DNA from: Amoeboradix gromovi X-113
Taxonomy: Eukaryota > Fungi > Sanchytriomycota
DNA length: 6,347 nt
Direction of reading: 5' to 3'
Assembly (NCBI GenBank): GCA_018985225.1
Contig: JADGIF010000586.1
Location: 1-6,347 of the forward strand
The notes beneath the pieces were generated by a model. The model had not been told where the DNA came from. It did no database searches and worked only from the letters and a program-made list of their open reading frames with translations. Made by a program: the position numbers and the translations under genes. This document shows positions 1 through 6,347 of the stretch, piece by piece. The stretch's first letter is position 1; each line of letters begins with the position of its first letter.

Positions 1-159
1 CAAAGACCTCACATATTTGAAAGAGATGCAGGGTCTTCTAGTTTTATTTTAAAAAGAGGAATACAATCAATGAAAGAAAATTGGTATAACAGAAGATCTT
101 TTATTAATGATAGCACTTCCTCTGTATGGTGCACCTCCTTTAAAAACGAGTTAGTCTAG
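1..159 (+). CDS. Possible 3' end of an ORF entering from outside the window, with its stop inside the left inverted repeat
   Basis: Frame 1 is open for 52 codons from base 1 (QRPHIFERDAG...CTSFKNELV*) with TAG at 157-159. No recognisable domain, so it may be chance or a transposon remnant. Confidence 0.2.
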   Translation, partial: QRPHIFERDAGSSSFILKRGIQSMKENWYNRRSFINDSTSSVWCTSFKNELV

Positions 160-179
160 TTTTTATATTTGGTGTCCCA
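149..179. repeat. Left arm of a 31-bp long-range inverted repeat (candidate DNA-transposon terminal inverted repeat)
   Basis: 149-179 AGTTAGTCTAGTTTTTATATTTGGTGTCCCA. Its reverse complement TGGGACACCAAATATAAAAACTAGACTAACT matches 6209-6239 TGGGACATCAAATATAAAAACTGGACTAACT at 29/31 positions. The repeat is seen directly; the TIR interpretation is inference. Confidence 0.85.
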
Positions 180-1276
180 ACTCGTTCATATCTTTCTCTG
201 TCCTCTTTTTAATACACTGTCAAATTGCTGTGCAGAGCATTTTTAAGTTTATAGCAGCATTGTAAACCCATCAAAGACTTTTGTATCGTGTTGAATTGTC
301 TGAAATCATTTACACTATCCTGCAACGAATATCTGGATACTCACTAGGGTGATATATGGAGCGAAGTCCAGTAAATGACTTAATTTCTTCTAATCGTTCA
401 AGCACTAGCCAGAAATACTAATCTTTGCTAGTAACTCAATCAAGAAGATCATGTTAATCTTCGGCGTGCTTAAGGTATAACAAGCGTCAATGTAGCAAGA
501 ACTGTCACTTTTTAAGTATTACTTTACATTAAAGCCCTAGTTTTTTAGAAATCTAAAACTTCTACTGAGAAACTAGTAGTAGAAGTCGCTCTGTTACATC
601 GATTGCTCTTTCTTGCACTACCCTGAGCTGGAATTGAGATGCATACATTTCAAATATATAGTCCTGTAGCAAATTTGGAGACTACATGGAAGCTCCAGTT
701 ACAGTGGATTACAACACTATCAGTTGGGACCAGCTTATCAGTCTGAGACGAATGTATGCTGTACCTGTTAATTATTTCTTTAGAATTGATTTACCATTTG
801 CGAAAAGGAAGAATATCGAGTGTTTAAGGTATTAGAAAATTCTTGAAATGATACAAAAATATATGCAAATTCGCGATAAATGATTTATTCAAGAAAATAG
901 TCAAGCTGCGTTCGAGATCATATTTTTGTAAGAATTTATTTGGCCCTGAATTCGCAAACACTTCGACTCCATAGCTTGTCAAATTTGCCACCAATTTGGG
1001 AGTACCCGATTGCAGAACTAAAGAAACATCAGCTTAATCAGTTTTTGCAAAACCCGTTCCGCATCAAATAACAGTAATAGCATCTCGAAACAAAATAGAG
1101 ATTAGTGTAAGTCCGCTATGTAGATTTAGTCTTTTGCTTTTCAACCTATTGAGCCAGTTTCTTAGTTGCATTATTAGCATGACTTTATTTCCCATTCCAC
1201 CTTGAAATTGCTTTAACATGGATTTGTGCATATCATCTATGTGAAAGTTACAGCGATCTCAAGGGAATAATACCAT

Positions 1277-1299
1277 CTTGCAATGTGATTCATTGCAAG
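1277..1299. promoter_or_regulatory. Perfect 9-bp inverted repeat upstream of the beta-propeller gene; possible dimeric transcription-factor site
   Basis: CTTGCAATG-TGATT-CATTGCAAG, ending about 80 nt before ATG 1379. The regulatory role is inference. Confidence 0.3.
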
Positions 1300-1378
1300 C
1301 ATCTAATTGTCAAAACGTTTATTCAAGCTGCATTTGATTGGTTAAAATATTCATAAAAAAAGAAAGCGTTTGACGACT

Positions 1379-2164
1379 ATGATATTTTCAACGCTTATTA
1401 GTGGATCACCAAGTGCTACGCAATTACACTTTAAGCAATACAAGAATGTTAGCTTTGATAGCTATAACATATTGGCTTTATCTGGAGATCTCACTTGTAT
1501 AGTAGACCACGTGGGTCAGGTGTATTGCTGGAATACTTATGATTTATCTGCTGTACCACATCGTAAATCTACAATCAAAGAGTTTTACGATCTTTCAGTT
1601 TATGGAAGCAAAGCATGTGCGACCAGGTACTTTGACGATCTCTATTGCACAAAAAACATCAAGGCAGACACTGTCGACTGGGTACTTGTTTACAAACACA
1701 TTGAAGGTGTAACCATAGCAATACAATCAGTAGAGCTTGACGACAGTACTGTTTGCATCATAGGAGAGAAGAAGCTGAAATGCGCGGACTTTGAGACTGT
1801 GTTCGAAGATAAAAGGGCCTGGAAAAAGAAACAATTGCCTAGTGGTTCGATGGAAGATATCACTATCTCCGGGAAGCATGCATGTGCCAATCACTGGTAT
1901 CATAGAGGAGGTCAAAGATCTGTATGTACTAAGGACATTAGCGTTGATAACCCGGACTGGAATTTTGTTCCACATCTTGGGTCTATAGTAATCAACAAGG
2001 ATAAAATGTGCGGCTATCATAACGAGTTATTCTCAGACGTGTGCTATAAGGATGGAAAATTGATTGTAAGCAAGGGTTTGTCGGGTTACTATGTTATTGA
2101 TAATACTCACATTGTCAAAGGTGGGATTTCCGGGCGGTTTTATGTTGCGGAGTTTCCTAAATAA
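1379..2164 (+). CDS. Putative secreted Cys-rich beta-propeller protein (tectonin-like lectin fold), 261 aa
   Basis: Long ORF. The first ATG is at 1379 (the track start at 1370 is TTG). Short hydrophobic N-terminus MIFSTLISG. About six ~40-aa beta-rich repeats, five with a Cys pair (TCIVDHVGQVYCW, ACATRYFDDLYCT, VCIIGEKKLKCA, ACANHWYHRGGQRSVCT, MCGYHNELFSDVCY) and three followed by a Trp (VDW, RAW, PDW). AATAAA at 2160-2165 overlaps the stop. The fold call is inference from the repeat pattern. Confidence 0.8.
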   Translation: MIFSTLISGSPSATQLHFKQYKNVSFDSYNILALSGDLTCIVDHVGQVYCWNTYDLSAVPHRKSTIKEFYDLSVYGSKACATRYFDDLYCTKNIKADTVDWVLVYKHIEGVTIAIQSVELDDSTVCIIGEKKLKCADFETVFEDKRAWKKKQLPSGSMEDITISGKHACANHWYHRGGQRSVCTKDISVDNPDWNFVPHLGSIVINKDKMCGYHNELFSDVCYKDGKLIVSKGLSGYYVIDNTHIVKGGISGRFYVAEFPK

Positions 2165-2281
2165 ATAGTGTTCCAATATTATAGTACGTTAATGCCTAAG
2201 TTATTGCATTGATAATTGATTTTATACTAGACCCTTACATTCGTTACTGATTGCTCTTCGAGGGTAGAAACAAATGAATAA

Positions 2282-2886
2282 ACTGAGTACACAAAAGTTG
2301 AACAGAAATGCCACTACTGCAATATTACAGTATTACATGGCTTCATAGCAGAGCAGCTGCCTCTGATGATGTGCACTGAAACAGGTCAAGGTGTCTGCTA
2401 CTTTAACATGTTGCAAAATGGTATGGAGTGCACAATTTGGTAGAATCCGAGGATCCTAGTGGCAGAAGTTGATTCATCTGAAAAGATAGTTTTGTGTGTT
2501 TTATCTCAACTACTGGGTTCACTTGAATTAGAACGATACCATATACCACGTTTAGACCTCTTCTACAGTGGCGTTTTTTATATCAAAGACAGATATGATA
2601 CGCATACTTAATAGAAAGATACGATTTCCCGTAACTTAAGGCTTCTGGACTCTGATCATGAAGTGCCATTGTTTTCATGCCATTTTTATGGGCAATTAAC
2701 CAAACGTTAACTATCGAAACATCTAAAAGTATAGATCTAGATTTGGAGCATGTCAGGGAAGTCTTAGAAGGAGTTATTCAAGAGATAGAGATTATTCATA
2801 CGCTTCACATTGCATTGAGACTAGGACTTGTTGGAGGTCCCAAAGAAAATATCGATAACTATCAATTCAAGTTGGATGAGTTGTGA
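2282..2886 (+). pseudogene. Possible decayed coding sequence of unknown function
   Basis: One frame runs 143 codons (2282-2710) with only three internal stops (2441, 2609, 2612) and overlaps a second-frame ORF at 2677-2886. No start context, no AATAAA at the end and no recognisable domain. Confidence 0.2.
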
Positions 2887-3101
2887 GCCGGGGGACCTAT
2901 CTTTTTTAATAGCGCTATCGGGAATGCAATACTGCTATATAGACACTACAGAGGTTTTTTACTTTTTATGATCTCCTTTTCTTTGATTGCATCTCACATG
3001 ATTAGTCACATTAGTCTAATGACATCCATGCTGCAGTCTTACTCGCTAGATTATTAGAATCAGAATATCGGTGCTCTGGGATTTAAAACTAGCGCCTAAA
3101 T

Positions 3102-3413
3102 ATGTTACTGTTAGTTACTATTTTGCTTGGACTCTCAATGTCCCAGATAGATAATCACATAAAGAGGTTTCTAGCGAAGCAGTACTATTGGTGTCAGGAC
3201 CTGAGTACTAGCAGAGACATTGCTATGGTTGATTATTATCGTGATGTTTGCAAGTTTTCCAACAGCATGTATTCAGAAAAGCCATTAATTGCCAGAGAAC
3301 GAATACCAAAGACCGAACTGGACGATTTTGGAAAAGATATGATAAAAGTTTACGAGAACTCACCAGGATTTAAAAAAACTCAGGAACTTTATGAGGAATA
3401 CCCTACTAATTAG
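3102..3413 (+). CDS. Small putative secreted protein, 103 aa, two Cys, unknown function
   Basis: ATG with A at -3, hydrophobic leader MLLLVTILLG and a protein-like helical composition. AATAAA at 3427-3432 is followed by a T-rich tract. Confidence 0.7.
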   Translation: MLLLVTILLGLSMSQIDNHIKRFLAKQYYWCQDLSTSRDIAMVDYYRDVCKFSNSMYSEKPLIARERIPKTELDDFGKDMIKVYENSPGFKKTQELYEEYPTN

Positions 3414-3890
3414 TTATTTTTCCAAAAATAAACAAATTTTTTTATTTTTTGAGTATTCAAATATCGGAACAAATTTAAATTTTAAGAGAGTTGGAATAAC
3501 GAGTAGACGAAGTTAAGGTCATGCAGAACATACCAGGGTTGTTATTTTCCAGAAACAATCCGCTGCTTTCTCATCCTTGCAATATCAAGATGCAACTACA
3601 AGGACAATCTATAAATCGGAAGCCAACACGCAGCAGTCTATAAAACAATCAGTGTCATATCCTGCTAAACCCAAGCAAGAACGCCAGCGAAAGTTATTAT
3701 GTTAAGTTCAATCGTGTACATTTCAAGCAGCATGTAGTACTGATGAGACGGCTACATGAGAAAGTAATGGAAGAATAGATAGCCACTTAAACAGAGCTAT
3801 CGAATTCTGAGCTCTTCAGAGGGAATTTTTGACTCTTTATTGAGCACATTATCCACTATCAAAGTCATGAGTTTACTTTATGTTATTTAT

Positions 3891-4673
3891 TTACTCTTCA
3901 CCGTCCAGTTTAGGAGCCAAGTAGAATCTTACGTATCCTACGTCCTCAATCACATATTCAACAAGCATAGGAGAGCCTTCCATCAATGACAACTGCACCA
4001 TGTTTGATAATGGTGTGGCTTTGGTCACATTTGCCATATACTTGGTTGAAAAGCCAAGACTTACAGGTGAGTCCAAATCAATGTCTAATGGAGACGCTTG
4101 TTCATCTAGTTCACTTGGAGGTCTTAATTTTACAGTTCCACTTCCATCGCTACCAGTAGTCTTAAATGTCACAGATCCCTTATCTACTTCTACATAAATA
4201 GTGTCACCTAAACTGCCCAAATCACGAATGATCTTTTGAAATTCAGAGCTGCTCATTTTAACCTGGGCTTGAAATTTCTGATCTGGAATACTCAAATGCT
4301 CAGAATCTAAAGTAATCAATTTCACCTCATACTCACTGACTTTATCATTTTTTGTATCTTCAAAAATGAGACCAAGACGATCTGGTTTATCATTTTCACT
4401 AAACATCGTAATTGAGTCATCGTTGCTAGCACACTTGAGAATTTTAGTTAACGTGGCAAAAGACATACCTAAAGACATTGGTCTATCGCATCTGAATGGT
4501 TGGAAGGCTTCGGATCTTAGCATTAAAGCTACCAGAGCAACATGACTGCTATCCATAGCTTGCATTGCTATTCCGTTAGAAGAGCAGTCAAAGTTACCTT
4601 CACTTACAATTTCTCTGATGGCTTCAAAGATCTTTTTAAATTCGCCACCTTTAGCAAATCTTGCTTCCAACAT
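3891..4673 (-). CDS. PCNA: Proliferating cell nuclear antigen (DNA sliding clamp), 260 aa, intronless, fungal-like
   Basis: Starts MLEARF (ATG at 4673-4671). Contains the family motifs QAMDSSHVALV, FRCDR, EHLSIP (interdomain loop), SSEFQKIIRDL, KATPLS and C-terminal FYLAPK, at canonical PCNA length. K165 aligns with the conserved K164 ubiquitin/SUMO site. Minus-strand AATAAA at 3886-3891 touches the stop. Confidence 0.98.
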   Translation of the reverse strand: MLEARFAKGGEFKKIFEAIREIVSEGNFDCSSNGIAMQAMDSSHVALVALMLRSEAFQPFRCDRPMSLGMSFATLTKILKCASNDDSITMFSENDKPDRLGLIFEDTKNDKVSEYEVKLITLDSEHLSIPDQKFQAQVKMSSSEFQKIIRDLGSLGDTIYVEVDKGSVTFKTTGSDGSGTVKLRPPSELDEQASPLDIDLDSPVSLGFSTKYMANVTKATPLSNMVQLSLMEGSPMLVEYVIEDVGYVRFYLAPKLDGEE

Positions 4674-5058
4674 TGTAAGATAGGAGAACGTAAGAAAAAC
4701 CAAGAAAATATAATTTTCATTGAATATACAATTTGTTATTGTTAAATGCATTTCACCGCTCCAATAGCACATGCTCCTGGAATTTCATTTTGGATAAAAC
4801 GAAATATTCTTTCTCATAGATAGGAAATGGGCTCCAAGTCATCAAAGCCAGAATATTTAAATCTAGGTAGACCAACAAAGGATATGAAATATATCCTTCT
4901 ACATTCAGAAAATATTCTACAAAATAAAATTATAGTTAGAAGAAAGATGCGCGTATGCTTATATATTCCTCCATATGGAAACTCTTGATTTTGAGAAAAC
5001 TGAGATTTCAATTGATGATATCATTTTCCGAGATAAATTAATAATAAATTTATTGGCC

Positions 5059-5865
5059 TTAAGTGGTTGGATGGACACCGGCAGGAATTGTAGGCTGAAT
5101 CTGCTGTTGCGCTTGCTGCTGAGGTAATGCCTGCTGCGCTTGTTGCTGTGGCAACACCTGTTGCGCTTGCTGTGGAGGTAGCGCTTGCTGTGGAGGTAGC
5201 GCTTGTTGCGGAGGTAGCGCTTGTTGCGGAGGTAGCGCTTGTTGCGGAGGTGACGCCTGTTGCGGAGGTAGCGCTTGTTGCGGAGGTGACGCCTGTTGCG
5301 CTTGCTGTGGAGGTAGCCCTTGTTGCTGAGGTAACGCCTGTTGCGCTTGCTGCGGAGCTTGTTGTATTTGGGCTTGTTGAACAAACAGCGGTTGATCAAT
5401 TTCACGAAGACCTGGAATTGGCTGAGTTGGCCTCAGAATATTTTGTGCCTGTTGCACTGGTTGACTGATTTGTTGTTGCACTGGTTGACTGATTTGTTGT
5501 TGCACTGGTTGACTGATTTGCTGTTGTGCTGGTTGACTGATCTGCTGTTGTGCTGGTTGACTGATCTGCTGTTGCGAAGGCTGTTGAGGTTGCTTTTGCA
5601 TTGTCTGCTGAGGCAGTTGGCGCGACTGAGCCAGTTGCTCTAGTATTCGTTGGTTTGTAAACCACTGATATTGTGGTATCCAGCTTCCTGTCATATATGG
5701 TGATACGGATTGGCTTCTGAAATATGGTGATGTTGATGGCCTGAACCAAGACTGTTGAGGTTGAAATCTGGGTGCTCCGGAATTTGACATTCCAGTACTC
5801 GATGTTACAGCATTTGGCACTAACCCTTGTAAAGGAAGCGAATACACTAGTAAACTATAAAACAT
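5059..5865 (-). CDS. Gln/Pro-rich low-complexity tandem-repeat protein, 268 aa, probably secreted
   Basis: Longest ORF over the repeat region. Hydrophobic leader MFYSLLVYS, QQQISQP[A/V] x5 and PPQQA[L/S] repeats. Much of the variation between units is synonymous in this frame (CAA/CAG, CCA/CCG, ATC constant). Minus-strand AATAAA at 5049-5054, 4 nt after the stop. Confidence 0.85.
   Translation of the reverse strand: MFYSLLVYSLPLQGLVPNAVTSSTGMSNSGAPRFQPQQSWFRPSTSPYFRSQSVSPYMTGSWIPQYQWFTNQRILEQLAQSRQLPQQTMQKQPQQPSQQQISQPAQQQISQPAQQQISQPVQQQISQPVQQQISQPVQQAQNILRPTQPIPGLREIDQPLFVQQAQIQQAPQQAQQALPQQQGLPPQQAQQASPPQQALPPQQASPPQQALPPQQALPPQQALPPQQALPPQQAQQVLPQQQAQQALPQQQAQQQIQPTIPAGVHPTT
5101..5380 (-). 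repeat. Coding minisatellite with an 18-bp core unit (PPQQAL/PPQQAS) and longer QQAQQALP variants
   Basis: On the + strand, repeated TTGTTGCGGAGGTAGCGC and TGTTGCGGAGGTGACGCC units with degenerate edges. Boundaries are approximate. Confidence 0.9.
5455..5574 (-). repeat. Coding minisatellite, 5 x 24 bp (QQQISQP[A/V])
   Basis: Five consecutive units of CACTGGTTGACTGATTTGTTGTTG or TGCTGGTTGACTGATCTGCTGTTG on the + strand. Confidence 0.95.
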
Positions 5866-6208
5866 TAGTATTTACTTGCATACTTACCCACGCGTATCTT
5901 GTTTGATTTCTTTCCAATCAACTTTAAGTGTAACCGTTACAAGCATTACAAGGAAACACAAAATAAGAAATATGAAAATAGACCAAGAGAATTTAGTCAT
6001 TCTTCAAACGCAAAATGAACCGGGTTAGTTGGATAAGATGTTTGGCTTGTATGCCACTCCGTTTAACAAATGCCACCTCATCAATAGACCTATTTTCAGT
6101 GAAAATCACAAGTTTCCACCAAGAAACTGATAGAGCCAGTTGATCTGTTGCATTGATTGCTCACCGGTATAGAGCCTGAATGATGAACAGCAACCTTTAA
6201 TTTACATG

Positions 6209-6239
6209 TGGGACATCAAATATAAAAACTGGACTAACT
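6209..6239. repeat. Right arm of the 31-bp long-range inverted repeat (candidate TIR)
   Basis: TGGGACATCAAATATAAAAACTGGACTAACT is a 29/31 match to the reverse complement of 149-179. Both mismatches are transitions, and similarity stops abruptly on both sides. Confidence 0.85.
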
Positions 6240-6347
6240 TTCTGTAACAACTTGGAAGATTATTTCAGCTTTATTACTTTATGGATTTAAGAGGCGAGTG
6301 AACATTGAGCTAGTTGCGGAGTTGACGAGTATAAAAGGAAAATAAAT

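Noticed and set aside
1690-2020. ORFs 1690-1890, 1727-2020 and 1791-1988
   Set aside because: Short ORFs nested in the better-supported 1379-2164 gene, with no motifs.
2835-2898. AGGTCCC...GGGACCT short inverted pair resembling the GGGAC repeat end
   Set aside because: Only 7 bp, with no further match to the 31-bp repeat; compatible with chance.
4674-4772. 33-aa N-terminal extension of PCNA in the ORF track, with a hydrophobic stretch
   Set aside because: Family homology begins exactly at MLEARF (4673). The extension is T-rich leader sequence that happens to be open.
4000-5011. ORFs 4000-4197, 4542-4745 and 4814-5011
   Set aside because: Two are antisense to PCNA. The third is a short AT-rich intergenic ORF without supporting signals.
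4959-5405. Protamine-like basic ORF (RNKRYL repeats) on the same strand as the Gln-rich gene
   Set aside because: Alternative frame of a stop-free minisatellite. Unit variants are largely non-synonymous in this frame and there is no poly(A) signal at its stop.
5101-5574. CRISPR-like array
   Set aside because: Units are head-to-tail with no unique spacers, are multiples of three, and lie in a eukaryotic CDS.
5127-5749. ORFs 5127-5468 (+), 5341-5643 (+) and 5402-5749 (-)
   Set aside because: Shadow frames created by the tandem repeats of the Gln/Pro gene.
1-6347. Alternative genetic code (TAA/TAG = Gln) to explain the interrupted frames
   Set aside because: PCNA ends at TAA at its canonical C-terminus, and the very Gln-rich ORF is fully open under the standard code using only CAA/CAG.
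1-6347. Giant-virus or prokaryotic origin
   Set aside because: PCNA closely resembles cellular fungal PCNA, coding density is low, and no viral hallmark genes or operon/RBS features are visible. Viral origin is not formally excluded without a phylogeny.

Overview
AT-rich, intron-free eukaryotic DNA in the standard genetic code. The PCNA sequence suggests a fungus, possibly an early-diverging lineage with a compact genome (inference). Four genes are well supported: PCNA (- strand, true start 4673), a Cys-paired six-repeat tectonin-like beta-propeller (1379-2164), a small 103-aa putative secreted protein (3102-3413) and a Gln/Pro-rich tandem-repeat protein (5059-5865). All four have AATAAA at or within 13 nt of the stop codon. 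The three non-PCNA proteins start with unusually short (about 9-10 aa) hydrophobic leaders. The most notable feature outside the ORF track is a 31-bp inverted repeat (29/31 identical) at 149-179 and 6209-6239 that brackets all four genes. It looks like DNA-transposon terminal inverted repeats, from either one ~6.1-kb cargo-carrying element or two element copies extending out of the window. No target-site duplication or intact transposase is visible.
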